DNA from: an uncultured delta proteobacterium
Lineage (GTDB): Bacteria > Myxococcota_A > Polyangia > Haliangiales > Haliangiaceae
Assembly (NCBI GenBank): GCA_963743525.1
Contig: CAVUQH010000003.1
Coordinates: 864,001 to 928,000 of the forward strand
Reading direction: 5' to 3'
Length of the DNA: 64,000 nucleotides
In this document: positions 18,643 to 33,461 of the stretch, one piece after another
How the letters are laid out: every line of letters starts with the position of its first letter
How positions within the stretch are numbered: position 1 is the first letter of the stretch
The notes under the pieces: generated by a model
The model's input: the letters and a program-made list of their open reading frames with translations, nothing else
Told to the model about the DNA's origin: nothing
Databases searched by the model: none
Translations under genes and position numbers: made by a program

Positions 18643-19473
18643 ATGAAATCGAAAGCTTTGCTTGGCCTGATCGGCCTTCTCATGGCCGCGATGGCGGCCG
18701 GATGCACCAAGGACGACAAGTCGCTCGAGGCGCACCTGTCGAGCATCGACACGCAGCTCAAGGACATCAAGGGCGACCTGGCCGAGCTGAAGAAGGCCGG
18801 CCCGGCCCGTGGTGCTGCGGCCCGTGGCGCCGCTCGCCCGGCGCGTCCTCCCGGCCCCGATCCGCAGGCGGTCTACGCCGTGCCGATCGACGGCGCCGGC
18901 GAGCGCGGTCCGTCTGACGCCAAGGTCACCATGGTCAAGGGCTTCGACTTCGCCTGTCCGTTCTGCCTGCGCTCGCGCGACACCGAGAAGCAGCTGCTCG
19001 AGCAGTACGGCAAGGATCTGCGCGTCGTCTACAAGAACATCATCATTCACCCGGGGTCGGCGACGGTTCCCGCTCACGCGGCATGCGCCGCCAACATGCA
19101 GGGCAAGTTCCCGCAGATGGAAGACCTGATCTGGGACAAGGGCTTCAAGAACGGCCGCAACCTGTCCAAGGACAACATGCTGTCGTTGGCCCGGGAGCTG
19201 GGGCTGAACATGGACAAGTTCCAGAAGGACATGGACGGTCCGTGCGTCAAGATCGTCCAGCAGGACATGAGCGACATGCAGAAGGTCGGCGCGCGCGGCA
19301 CGCCGGCGTTCTTCATCAACGGACGCTTCCTGTCCGGCGCGCGGCCGATCGACCAGTTCAAGACGATCATCGACGAAGAGCTGAAGAAGGCCAACGACCG
19401 CATCGCCAAGGGCGCCAGCCAGGCCAGCTACTACAAGGACTGGGTGCTGGCAAAGGGCAAGAAGACCCTGTAG
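18643..19473 (+). CDS. DsbA/thioredoxin-fold lipoprotein, Cys paralog (CPFC)
   Basis: GFDFACPFC, GTPAFFING, lipobox AAGC; colinear with the upstream gene; AGGAG RBS (alternative start 18631). Confidence 0.92.
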   Translation: MKSKALLGLIGLLMAAMAAGCTKDDKSLEAHLSSIDTQLKDIKGDLAELKKAGPARGAAARGAARPARPPGPDPQAVYAVPIDGAGERGPSDAKVTMVKGFDFACPFCLRSRDTEKQLLEQYGKDLRVVYKNIIIHPGSATVPAHAACAANMQGKFPQMEDLIWDKGFKNGRNLSKDNMLSLARELGLNMDKFQKDMDGPCVKIVQQDMSDMQKVGARGTPAFFINGRFLSGARPIDQFKTIIDEELKKANDRIAKGASQASYYKDWVLAKGKKTL

Positions 19474-19491
19474 TTGCGGTGGCGTGGGGGC

Positions 19492-19607
19492 TGTCCGGCT
19501 AGCCGGACACGGCGGTTGCCGGTGTCGTGAACCTGGACAGTTTCGGCGGGAAAAACCGAGGTAACTCACCAGGATCCCGTCCGCGGGCCCGGTGGAACGC
19601 CGATTGC
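19492..19607 (+). promoter_or_regulatory. Putative sigma54 promoter with two upstream activator sites
   Basis: TGGAAC-GCCGA-TTGC at 19593-19607; palindrome TGTCCGGCTAGCCGGACA at 19492-19509; TGTC-N9-GACA at 19523-19539. Confidence 0.65.
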
Positions 19608-19637
19608 CATGGGTCGGGGCAGCTGGAGCCCCGACCC

Positions 19638-21410
19638 ATGAAGCACCTCGCCATCTTGCTCACCTCCCTCGCCCTTCTCCTGGCGCTCACTCCCGCCTGC
19701 GCCCCGGGCGGCGATGACCCGATCGACGGCGCCGACGCGCCGTTCCCCGGCGGCAAGGCCGACGGCGGCATCGACGCCGCCTCGCCCGAGGCACGCGCGG
19801 TGCTGTCGCTGGTCAACGACCCGCTGGTCGGCCTGGCCGAGCTGGACGACGACGCCGGGCTCAACAAGCGCGCGGCCACCAACATCATCGACCACCGCAA
19901 CGGCGCCGACGGCACCGTCGGCACCGCGGACGACGACGCCTTCGACAGCCTCGACGAGCTCGACGCGGTCAAGTACGTCGGCCCGTACGCGCTGCAGCAG
20001 CTGCTCGACTACGCCATCGCCAAGGGCTATCTCGACGCCGAGGCCGGCAAGAACGTCAACGTCATCTTTTCCCCGCAGCCGTACGACAACAGCCACTCGG
20101 CGCGGGTGGCCAAGCTGATCGACGGCGCCAGGGCGTCGGTCAACATCGCCATGTACAGCTACTCGGACGCCCGCATCGCCGGCGCTCTGCAGCGGGCGGT
20201 CGACCGCGGCGTCAAGATTCGCTTCATCTTCGACACCGCCAGCGAGGATCGCAAGCTGACCGGCACCGCGCTGGACAACAGCGCGTCCGGGCGGCTCGAG
20301 CGGATGGGCATCAACGTCCGCTGGGTCAACAAGATCATGCACCACAAGTTCATGATCGTGGACGGGCCGCGTGACGACGTGTCGAAGATCGACACCGCCA
20401 CCGTGGTCGCCGGCAGCGGCAACTGGTCCAACGGCGCCGCTACCCGCTACGACGAGAACACGCTGTTCTTCACCGGCTACCGCGAGCTGACCATGCGCAT
20501 GCAGCGCGAGTTCGACCGCATGTGGGCGCATTCTCGCGACGTGGTCGTCGATGCGTCGCTGCCGTACGAGCTGTCCACCGTGGACATGGACGCCGTCGGC
20601 ATTCCCGACGAGGCCGGCACCCACGCCTGGTTCACCTCGTCCAACTTCAGTGTCAACGGCGACACCTTCCGCATCAACGGCAACGACACCGTGTCCACCG
20701 CGCTGGCCGCCGCCATTCGCGGCGCCACCAAGTCGATCCACATCGCGTCGGGCCACCTGCGCTCGCGGCCGATCTCCGAGGCGCTGATGGAGGTCGCGCG
20801 GACCAAGCCGCAGGTCAACATCAAGATCCTCCTCGACGGCCAGGAGTACATCTCGGACTACTACAACCAGCAGCAGACGCAGGATCTCGACGACTGCCTG
20901 GCATCGGCGACCACCGACTCGCAGCGCCGCAACTGCCTCGACAAGGGCTTCTACTTCAGCTACGAGGTCAGCGAGCTCGAGCACATTCCGCTGCGCTTCA
21001 AGTACTACGCCTACCGCTGGGACTACCACTACGCGGTGCAGATGCACCACAAGTACATCATCATCGACGGCGACGAGCTGCACACCGGCAGCTACAACTT
21101 CTCGGACAACGCCGAGCACAACACCTTTGACGACACCCTCACCTTCGCGGGCCCCGAGTTCGCCAACCTGGTCGGCTCCTACGAGGCCAACTTCGCCAAG
21201 ATCTGGGACCAGGGTCGCGCCGACGACCTGTACAGCCAGCTGATGGCCACCCTGCCCACGGCCAACCCGGTGCCGATCGTGTTCGAGCCGATGGCGCTGA
21301 CCTGGAGCGAGGTCACCGACCTCAAGAGCGCCATCCGCGCCGCCTGCCCCGACGTCAACAGCGACGACTACCGCACCAACCCGCAGAACCACTGGGTCTG
21401 CTACAAGTAG
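19638..21410 (+). CDS. Phospholipase D superfamily lipoprotein with two HKD motifs and N-terminal helix-hairpin-helix domain
   Basis: MHHKFMIVD...GSGNWS and MHHKYIIID...GSYNFS; SLDELDAVKYVGP HhH motif; lipobox TPAC; GGKADG motif. Confidence 0.85.
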   Translation: MKHLAILLTSLALLLALTPACAPGGDDPIDGADAPFPGGKADGGIDAASPEARAVLSLVNDPLVGLAELDDDAGLNKRAATNIIDHRNGADGTVGTADDDAFDSLDELDAVKYVGPYALQQLLDYAIAKGYLDAEAGKNVNVIFSPQPYDNSHSARVAKLIDGARASVNIAMYSYSDARIAGALQRAVDRGVKIRFIFDTASEDRKLTGTALDNSASGRLERMGINVRWVNKIMHHKFMIVDGPRDDVSKIDTATVVAGSGNWSNGAATRYDENTLFFTGYRELTMRMQREFDRMWAHSRDVVVDASLPYELSTVDMDAVGIPDEAGTHAWFTSSNFSVNGDTFRINGNDTVSTALAAAIRGATKSIHIASGHLRSRPISEALMEVARTKPQVNIKILLDGQEYISDYYNQQQTQDLDDCLASATTDSQRRNCLDKGFYFSYEVSELEHIPLRFKYYAYRWDYHYAVQMHHKYIIIDGDELHTGSYNFSDNAEHNTFDDTLTFAGPEFANLVGSYEANFAKIWDQGRADDLYSQLMATLPTANPVPIVFEPMALTWSEVTDLKSAIRAACPDVNSDDYRTNPQNHWVCYK

Positions 21411-21624
21411 CGGCCGAAACAGGAGAGGACCGGGCCGGCGCCGCGGTTCGTGGGGAGAGGACCACGAGTAGCGATGAGGGCGACGCCGACCCGCCGGACG
21501 CGGGGTTGCGCGATGTCTTCTGTTTTCGCGTCAGGATCAGTACGACGCGCCGGATCCGGGCTTTTGAAAGAAAATCGCAGGGGCCCGTCCGGGTGCTATC
21601 GGGGGGACGTGGTAAGAGCAGGTG

Positions 21625-22542
21625 ATGCCCATTTACGACAGCGTCGCCGAAACCGTCGGGAGGACGCCGCTGGTCCGCCTGCGACGGATGTCCGAGGAAT
21701 CCGGGGCGCAGATTCTGGGCAAGATGGAGTCGCGCAACCCCTGCTCCAGCGTCAAGGACCGCATCGGAGTGGCGATGATCCGCGACGCCGAAGAGCGGGG
21801 CGTGCTCACGCCCGGCGCGACTATCGTCGAGGCGACCTCGGGTAACACCGGCATCGCGCTGGCCTTCGCCGCCGCGTCGATGGGCTACAAGCTGATCATC
21901 ACCATGCCCGAGAACATGAGCCGCGAGCGGATCGCGATGCTCAAGACCTTTGGCGTCGAGGTGGTGTTGACCCGCGGCGGGCTGATGGCCGCGGCGGTCA
22001 AGCGGGCGCGGGAGATCGCGGCCAAGACTCCCGGCGCCGTGATGCTGCAGCAGTTCGAGAACCCGGCCAACCCGGCCATGCACCGGGAGACCACGGCGGT
22101 CGAGATCTGGGACGACACCGAGGGCCAGGTCGACGTCTTCGTCGCCGGCGTCGGCACCGGCGGCACCATCACCGGGGTCGGTCAGGTGCTCAAGGAGAAC
22201 AAGCCCGGCGTCCGGGTGATCGCGGTCGAGCCGTCGGATTCGGCGGTGCTGTCGGGCAAGTCGCCGGGCCCGCACTTCATCCAGGGGATCGGCGCCGGCT
22301 TCGTGCCGCCCATCCTCGACCGCGAGGTGATCGACGAGGTCGTCACCATCACCGAGCGCCAGGCCCTCGACTACGCCCGCCGGTTGGCGCGGGAAGAGGG
22401 AATCTTCGCCGGCATCTCGTCGGGCGCCGCCGTTGCGGCGGCGGTGCGCGTGGGCAAGCGCTCCGACATGCAGGGCAAGATGATCGTCGTGGTCCTGCCC
22501 GACACCGGCGAGCGCTACCTCAGCACCCAGCTGATGGAATGA
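21625..22542 (+). CDS. cysK: Cysteine synthase A
   Basis: NPCSSVKDR (PLP Lys), ATSGNTG, QQFENPAN, GVGTGGT, IQGIGAG, PDTGERYLST. Confidence 0.95.
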   Translation: MPIYDSVAETVGRTPLVRLRRMSEESGAQILGKMESRNPCSSVKDRIGVAMIRDAEERGVLTPGATIVEATSGNTGIALAFAAASMGYKLIITMPENMSRERIAMLKTFGVEVVLTRGGLMAAAVKRAREIAAKTPGAVMLQQFENPANPAMHRETTAVEIWDDTEGQVDVFVAGVGTGGTITGVGQVLKENKPGVRVIAVEPSDSAVLSGKSPGPHFIQGIGAGFVPPILDREVIDEVVTITERQALDYARRLAREEGIFAGISSGAAVAAAVRVGKRSDMQGKMIVVVLPDTGERYLSTQLME

Positions 22543-22543
22543 G

Positions 22544-22578
22544 AAAAGGGCGGAGTCGAGCCACGCTCGACCCCGCCC
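22544..22578 (-). terminator. Hairpin terminator between convergent cysK and M16 operon
   Basis: GGGCGGAGTCGAGC-CAC-GCTCGACCCCGCCC preceded by AAAA (U tract on the minus strand). Confidence 0.65.
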
Positions 22579-22596
22579 CGGTTGACGGATCCGCGA

Positions 22597-24261
22597 CTAC
22601 TTGCGGGTCTCGAGCACCTTGCCGTCGGCGTCGAGGACGACCAGCGAGCCCTTGCCCACGGTCCCCTTCTTGGCCAGCTCGGTCAGGCCGTCGAGCAGCG
22701 TCACCGGCTTGCCGTCGGCGCCGACCATCGGCACGTCCTTGCCGTTCTCGTGCTTCTTCTGCGCCGAGTCGGCGCTGCCGACCACCAGGATGATCGCCCT
22801 GTTGGGCTCGAAGTAGCGCTTTGCCGACTTCGCGACCTGCTTCAACGTCACCGCGCCGACCTTGTCGACGTAGCTGTTGTAGTAGTTGAGCGGCAGGCCG
22901 TAGTAGACCAGGCTGCGGTAGGCGCCCAGCACCTGGCGGGAGGTGGCGAAGCGGCCGGGTAGGCTGAGGATGGCGCCGTTCTGCTCGCGCGACAGCTCCT
23001 CCGCGGTGGCCGGCTTCTTGCCGCTCTTCATGTCGGCGAGCTCGTTGTGCATCTCCAGCACCGACTGCCAGGTGGAGTCACTGCGCACCGAGCTGTGCGC
23101 GACGAACTCGCCGTAGTCGTGCGAGTACTGGAAGCCGCCGCGAGCGCCGTACGAGTAGCCCTTGTCCTCGCGCAGGTTCATGTTGAGACGGCTGGCGAAG
23201 CCGCCGCCGAAGATCGCCGACGCCATGCTGTTGGCGAAGAAGTCCTTGGCCTTGCGCTTGGGCCCGAAGTTCATGACGTAGATCTGGCTCTGCGCCGCGT
23301 CGGGGATGTTGACGAAGAAGATGTGCCCCTTCATCGACCGCGGCCTGCCCAGGCGCACGCCGCGCTTGGGCGCGCCTTTCCACGCCGCCAGCTCGGGCGC
23401 GTCCATCGCCTTGCGCACGTCGGCCTCGGTCATGCGACCGACCACGAACAGCCGCGCGCCCTTGGGCTTGACGTAGCGATCGTGGTAATCGACGCAGTCT
23501 TTGATCGTCAGGCCCTTGAGCGACGCCTCGGTGACGATGCTGCCAAACGGGTGCTTGGTGCCGAACAGCACCGCATCCGAAACCCTGCCGGCCACGGCCG
23601 CCGCGCTGCCCTTGGCCTGCTTGAGCGACTCCAGCTGCCGCTTGATCATCCGGTCGAAGTCTTCCTGGCGGAAGCCCGGCTGCAGCAGGGTATCGACGTA
23701 CAGCTTGAAGGTGGCGTCGAAATGCTTGGACAGCGTCGACATCGCGACGCCCTGGGTCTCGCGACCGGCGTAGCTGTCGATGTTCGACGCGATGTCGGCC
23801 AGCGCCTCGTCGTACGGGATCTTCTCCAGCGACTTGGTGCCCTCGGACATCATGCCCATGCAGATGTCGGCCAGGCCTTCCTTGCCCTTGGGGTCGTTCA
23901 TCGACCCGCCGTCGAAGTTGAGCTCGATCGACACGGTCGGCAGCTCGGGCCGCTCGACCAGGTAGGCGGTCACGCCGTTCTTCAGCTTGAACACCTTGAT
24001 CGGCGGGATCTGCAGTGGCCGCGGCTTGCCGGCCTCGGGCTGCTCGTCGCGGAACGCGTCGTTCGCGGGGAACGTCAGCGCCTGCGGCTGTGCCACCGGC
24101 TGCGCAGGCGGCGCAGGCGGCGTCTCCGGCGTGGGCGGCGTGTTGTCCGCGGTCGGGTTCTCGGGCGCCTTGGGCGTGACCGGCGGCGTAGTCTGCTGGG
24201 CAGGACAGCCGGCCAGGGCCAGCGACAGGAGCAGGGCTCCCGTGGAAATCAGTCGGTTCAT
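22597..24261 (-). CDS. M16B peptidase, non-catalytic subunit, lipoprotein
   Basis: No HxxEH; SRLNMNLREDKGYSYG motif; lipobox LAGC; GGAGG RBS. Confidence 0.88.
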   Translation of the reverse strand: MNRLISTGALLLSLALAGCPAQQTTPPVTPKAPENPTADNTPPTPETPPAPPAQPVAQPQALTFPANDAFRDEQPEAGKPRPLQIPPIKVFKLKNGVTAYLVERPELPTVSIELNFDGGSMNDPKGKEGLADICMGMMSEGTKSLEKIPYDEALADIASNIDSYAGRETQGVAMSTLSKHFDATFKLYVDTLLQPGFRQEDFDRMIKRQLESLKQAKGSAAAVAGRVSDAVLFGTKHPFGSIVTEASLKGLTIKDCVDYHDRYVKPKGARLFVVGRMTEADVRKAMDAPELAAWKGAPKRGVRLGRPRSMKGHIFFVNIPDAAQSQIYVMNFGPKRKAKDFFANSMASAIFGGGFASRLNMNLREDKGYSYGARGGFQYSHDYGEFVAHSSVRSDSTWQSVLEMHNELADMKSGKKPATAEELSREQNGAILSLPGRFATSRQVLGAYRSLVYYGLPLNYYNSYVDKVGAVTLKQVAKSAKRYFEPNRAIILVVGSADSAQKKHENGKDVPMVGADGKPVTLLDGLTELAKKGTVGKGSLVVLDADGKVLETRK

Positions 24262-24271
24262 GGTCGGCCTC

Positions 24272-25645
24272 CTACTTGCTGCTGACCTGGTCGCCGGCGG
24301 CGCCCGGGACGGTGAGGATCTCGACCCGGTGCTCGGGGCCGAGGTACTTCTTGGCGATCTCCAGGACCTTGGCCGGAGACGACTTGCGCTCGCGGTCGAG
24401 GTCACCGGTGATGAAGTCGGGGTTGCCGACGTAGTGGTTGTAGCGCTCCAGCGTCTGCGCTCGCGAAAGCAGCGGCTCCAGGCCCCAGACGAAGCGCGAC
24501 TCGGTGTTGGTGACCACGCGGTTGAACTCGCGCTCGGTGATCGGCTGCGACCGGACCTTGGCCAGCTCCTCGTCGACGATCTTGCGCACCTTGTCGACGT
24601 CGGCGTCGCTGCGCAGCTGCACGGCGATGGTGAAGTAGCTGGACAGCTGCTGCGAGGCCTGGCCGCCGAACACGCCGACCGCCAGCTGCTCCTCCAGCAC
24701 CAGGCGCTTGTACAGGCGGCCGGTCTTGCTGGTCAGGGTACCGGCGAGGATGTCCAGCTCGGAATCGCCGGGGGCGAAGAAGGCCGGGGTGTTCCACGCG
24801 AACTGCAGCAGGCGCAGCTTGGCGAACGGATCCTTGATCGTCTGCTTGGACGCCGGAATGACCGGCATCGGTACCGTGCGGTGGGCCGGGCGGGTGCTCT
24901 TGGGGAAGTCGCCGAACCACTTCTGGACCAGCTTCTTGCAGTTGGCCGTGTCGAAGTCGCCGGCGATGACCACCGTCGCGTTGGCCGGCACGTACCAGGT
25001 CTCGTAGAACTTCTTGACGTCGTCGAGCGTGGCGTTCTCGAGGTCGGTATGCAGACCGATGGTCATGTACCGGTACGGGTGACCTTCGGGGTAGAGCGCC
25101 TCGTACAGCGCCGCGCGCGACTTGCCGTACGGCACATTGTCGTAGTTCTGCCGCCGTTCGTTGCGCACCACCTCTTGCTGGTTGGCGAACTCTTTCTCGT
25201 CGAGATTGAGGTAGCCCATCCGGTCGCTCTCGAGCCACAGCGCGGTCTCGAGCTGATTGGAAGGCACGACCTCGAAGTAGTTGGTGCGATCGGTGTTGGT
25301 GGTGCCGTTCACCGTGGTCGCGCCGATGTTCTTGAGGATCTCGAAATGCTTGTCCTCACCGACGTGTTTCGAGCCCTGGAACAGCATGTGCTCGAACAGG
25401 TGGGCAAAGCCGCTCTTGCCCGGCATCTCGTCGCCGCTGCCGACGTGGTACCAGATGTCCACGGCAACGATCGGTACCGAGTTGTCCTGATGGAGGATGA
25501 TCTCGATGCCGTTGGGCAGCGTGTAGCGCTCGAACGAGATCTTGGGGTCCTGGTCTTGCGCGTGGGCGGCGCCAGCGGTGCCGAGCGCCGCGACCAGCAG
25601 CGCCAGACCCAGGCGGCGCGCGCCGCGCCTGCGGGGTTCATTCAT
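24272..25645 (-). CDS. M16B zinc peptidase, catalytic subunit
   Basis: YHVGS, GFAHLFEHMLF (HxxEH), NGTT, VVRNERR; signal peptide. Confidence 0.92.
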   Translation of the reverse strand: MNEPRRRGARRLGLALLVAALGTAGAAHAQDQDPKISFERYTLPNGIEIILHQDNSVPIVAVDIWYHVGSGDEMPGKSGFAHLFEHMLFQGSKHVGEDKHFEILKNIGATTVNGTTNTDRTNYFEVVPSNQLETALWLESDRMGYLNLDEKEFANQQEVVRNERRQNYDNVPYGKSRAALYEALYPEGHPYRYMTIGLHTDLENATLDDVKKFYETWYVPANATVVIAGDFDTANCKKLVQKWFGDFPKSTRPAHRTVPMPVIPASKQTIKDPFAKLRLLQFAWNTPAFFAPGDSELDILAGTLTSKTGRLYKRLVLEEQLAVGVFGGQASQQLSSYFTIAVQLRSDADVDKVRKIVDEELAKVRSQPITEREFNRVVTNTESRFVWGLEPLLSRAQTLERYNHYVGNPDFITGDLDRERKSSPAKVLEIAKKYLGPEHRVEILTVPGAAGDQVSSK

Positions 25646-25767
25646 CGCGTATCTCCCTATTTCGGCCCGTTTCGCGGGCAGCGGGGACCGTAGCCGCCGA
25701 GGCCCGGGCTCACAACCCACACGGCCTCACTTTCGGCCAGCAGCGCCGCCCGCGCGGGTAGCGGGGC

Positions 25768-27606
<1,839 letters not shown>

Positions 27607-27671
27607 CGTATTTTACGGTGCGCTATGGCGCGAAGACAAATCCCGAATCACGGTATGATTGCGGCGGGGAT

Positions 27672-30187
<2,516 letters not shown>

Positions 30188-30191
<4 letters not shown>

Positions 30192-32365
30192 GCGTGGACG
30201 CGATCTTCGACGCCAGCAGTTACGCCTTCAACCTGCGCAGCCTGCCGTTTGCCTGCGCCACGGTGATCGTCCTGGCGGTCACCCTGTACGTGTTGTTCAC
30301 CGCCGGCGCGCCGATCTTGCGCGGCGCTCTGCTGATCGTCGCCGTCGGGCTGCTGCCGTTCCCCACCGGTCTGGCCGTCATCGGCTCGACCACCGATCCG
30401 CACGTCGCCGAAGCGCTCAGCAAGCTGGCCATCTGTCTGATCCCGCTGTCGTCGGCGGGCGCCATGATCTTCCTCCTGGCGCTGGCCGGACGCCTATCGC
30501 AACACAAGTGGCTGGTCGTCTTCGCCTTCGTCACCTCGGTAGCGACCGTGCCGATCACCGTCTTCACCTCGCTGGTGATCGACGGCGTCTGGCGCACGCC
30601 GATCGACCTGTACTACTTCACCGTGCCGGTCAACGGCATCGCCCAGCTGCAGGTCGCGCAGATCGGCGTGTGGGTCGGCATCGGCATCGTCGTGGTCGCG
30701 CGGCGCATCCGCGAGGAGCCCAACAGCGCCCGCCGGCGCCAGCTGCGCGGTTCGGTCATCGCCTTTTCGCTGTGCGCGGCCGGCCTGATCGACGTGCCGT
30801 TGGGCTACCGCATCGGCTGGTTCCCGGTGTCGTGGCTGGCGCTGACCCTGGGCTTGTCGCTGGCGTTGCGCCTGCTGGTGGTCGACGACCTCATCCGCGC
30901 CCGCGCGCTGGACCGCCGGGTGCTGTGGGGCCTGGTCTACACAGGCCTGCTGATCGGCGGGCTGTGGCTCGGCTTGCGCAGCGTCGGCGACGCGCCGCTG
31001 TGGGCGAGGATCAGCGCCGTCGCGGCGGTCTTCGTCATCCTTCGCGTCGGCGTGTCGCTGATTCGCACCATCGACCGGCCGCGCGGACGGGCCACGCGCA
31101 CGACCCTCGAGCGCGCGCTCGACCGCTACATCCACCGGGTTCAGAGCCTGCGCGACCAGCAGCAGATCGGCGAGGCGACGGTCGAGCTGCTCGAGCTGGG
31201 CATCGGCTGCGAGCGGATCGAGTTCCTGACCCCGTCGCAGTCCGACTACTCGTGGGAGCGCCTCGACGGCGAGACCTTGCCCGAAGAGCAAACCCCCGAC
31301 CCGCTGCTGCTGGTCTGGCTGCAGCAGCACGAGCGGCCGATCCTCCGCGACGATCTCCCGACCATGCGCCTGGGCGACCTGCGCACGCCGCTGGAGCGGC
31401 TGTACGAGCGACACGACGTCGAGGTGCTGGTGCCGCTGGTCAATCGCGACGAGGTCGTCGGCCTGATCGCCCTCGGCGCCCCGGACGAGGGCCGCGGCTA
31501 CCGCCAGGAAGAGCTGCACTTCCTCGAGCGTCTGCAAGAGCACGCGGCGGCGGCGCTGGTCTATGCGCGCATGCACCGCGAAGCCACCGAGCGGGTCGAG
31601 GTGGACAAAGAGGTCGGCCTGGCCGCCGCCGTGCAGCGCGCTTTCGTCCCCGGCTCCGAGGTCATCGAGCGCGGCGGCGTCGTCGTCGCCGGCATCTACG
31701 AACCGGCCTCCCGCTGCGGCGGCGACTGGTGGTCGATCCACGAGCTCGAGCACGGCCGCGTGCTGGTGCTGATCGGCGACGTCACCGGCCACGGCGTCGC
31801 TGCGGCGATGGTCACCGCCGCGGCCAAGGGCTGCTACGACGTCGCCCAGCGGCTGATGCGCGAAGAGGTCGACCTCGTCCGCCTGCTCGGCCTGCTCGAC
31901 GCCACCGTGCGCCACGCCGGCGGCTCGCAGTTCTACATGACCTGCTTTGCCACCTTGCTCGACCCCGCGGCCGGCAAGGTGCATTTCGCCAACGCCGGCC
32001 ATGTGGTCCCCTATGTTTGCCGCCCCAGCGACAGCGGCATGGACCTCGACGTCCTCGCCGCCCGCGGCGATCCCCTCGGGGCCGGCGATGCCAAGAGCTA
32101 CGTGCAGCACGAAGCCGAGCTGCGCGACGGCGACCTCCTGGTCTGGTACACGGACGGCCTGGTCGAGTGCGCCAACCCGCGCCGGCAGCAGTTCGGCGAC
32201 CGGCGCATGCAGCGGATGCTGCGCCGCCTGGACCGCGCGGTGACCGACGTCGCCGCCGTCCGCGATCACGTCGTCCGCGCCGCCGTCGCTTTCCAGGAAG
32301 GCCACCCCGCAGACGATGACATTACGCTGGTCGTGGGTAGAATCAGCGGTACTGTCACCAGCTGA
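30188..32365 (+). CDS. Multi-TM, GAF-containing PP2C/SpoIIE-family phosphatase
   Basis: N-terminal TM bundle, GAF-like [38 protein letters not shown]. Confidence 0.9.
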
Positions 32366-32385
32366 CCCGACCTGATCGAAGTGCC

Positions 32386-33126
32386 GTGAAGCTCCGCCTC
32401 CTCACGTACAACGTTCACAAATGTATCGGCGGCGTCGACCGCCGTTACGATCCCGAGCGCATCCGCGAGACCATCGCTCACTACGAGCCCGACGTCGTCG
32501 CGCTGCAAGAGGTCGACCAGGCCGCCCGCCGTTCCAACGTCGACAGCCAGGTCGACCTGCTCGGTGACCTGCTGGGCCTGCGCCACCGTACCTGGTTCCC
32601 CAATGTCCGCGTCCGCGGCGGCGGCCAGTACGGCAACGCCATCCTGTCCCGGTTCCCGCTGACCGAGAGCACCAACATCGACCTGACCATTCCGCCCAAG
32701 AAGCGCCGCAGCGTCTTGCACGCCCGCTACCGGGTACGCACACCCGGCGCGCGAGGCCGCCACACCCGCACCGTCCACGTCTACAACATGCACCTGGGCC
32801 TGTCGGGCATCGAGCGCAAGATCCAGCTGCGCAAGTTCCTCGACAGCCACCCGTTCGTCGGCCTCCACGCCGACACCCCGATCATCGTCTGCGGCGACCT
32901 CAACGACGTCTGGGGCACCCTGGGCCCCAAGCTGTTCAACCCCGCCGGCTTCCGCAGCATCGGCCGGCCGCTGCGCACTTTCCCCGCCTACGCCCCGGTC
33001 CGCGCCCTCGACGGCATCTACGTCCGCGGCGACGCCCGCATCGTCAACGCCCAGCGCGGCCAGGTCAACATCGCCAAGCGCGCCTCCGACCACCTGCCGC
33101 TCATCGCCGACCTCGACATCGGCTGA
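32386..33126 (+). CDS. Endonuclease/exonuclease/phosphatase family protein
   Basis: TYNVH, LQEVD, GNAILSR, GDLN and SDHLP motifs. Confidence 0.92.
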   Translation: MKLRLLTYNVHKCIGGVDRRYDPERIRETIAHYEPDVVALQEVDQAARRSNVDSQVDLLGDLLGLRHRTWFPNVRVRGGGQYGNAILSRFPLTESTNIDLTIPPKKRRSVLHARYRVRTPGARGRHTRTVHVYNMHLGLSGIERKIQLRKFLDSHPFVGLHADTPIIVCGDLNDVWGTLGPKLFNPAGFRSIGRPLRTFPAYAPVRALDGIYVRGDARIVNAQRGQVNIAKRASDHLPLIADLDIG

Positions 33127-33135
33127 GTTGTCGGC

Positions 33136-33432
33136 TCAGCGATACGGACCCTTGGTGCCGGGGCCCTTGATGAGGCGGGTGCGGTACTGCTCGCCCACCG
33201 GGATCTCCGCGGGGGCTTCGGCGAACCACTGCGCGTAGCCGCAGCTGCGGCAGACGTAGACGCGCAGGGGACCGTAGCCGTGGGCGGGGTTGCGGCCCGA
33301 GAACATCCACCGCGGGTCGTAGGTGACGCACATTGCCTTCTCGAAGTCGTTGTCGCCGAACTCGGCAACCACCGACTCGAGGACCTCGTTGTGCTCGCAC
33401 ACCGGACACTGTCCCTTCCGCATGTCGCGCAT
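33136..33432 (-). CDS. Small Zn-ribbon protein
   Basis: CPVC and CRSCGY pairs. Confidence 0.6.
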   Translation of the reverse strand: MRDMRKGQCPVCEHNEVLESVVAEFGDNDFEKAMCVTYDPRWMFSGRNPAHGYGPLRVYVCRSCGYAQWFAEAPAEIPVGEQYRTRLIKGPGTKGPYR

Positions 33433-33461
33433 GGGCGGCAGCATAGCACCGCGCGCACGGG

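Noticed and set aside
21411..21620. Riboswitch upstream of cysK (GGAGAGGACC twice)
   Set aside because: The other conserved glycine or SAM riboswitch elements could not be found; an Rfam scan would be needed.
21625..22542. cysK as part of the Sec/Cys DsbA system
   Set aside because: It is separated by an independently promoted PLD gene and has no shared operator; proximity alone is insufficient.
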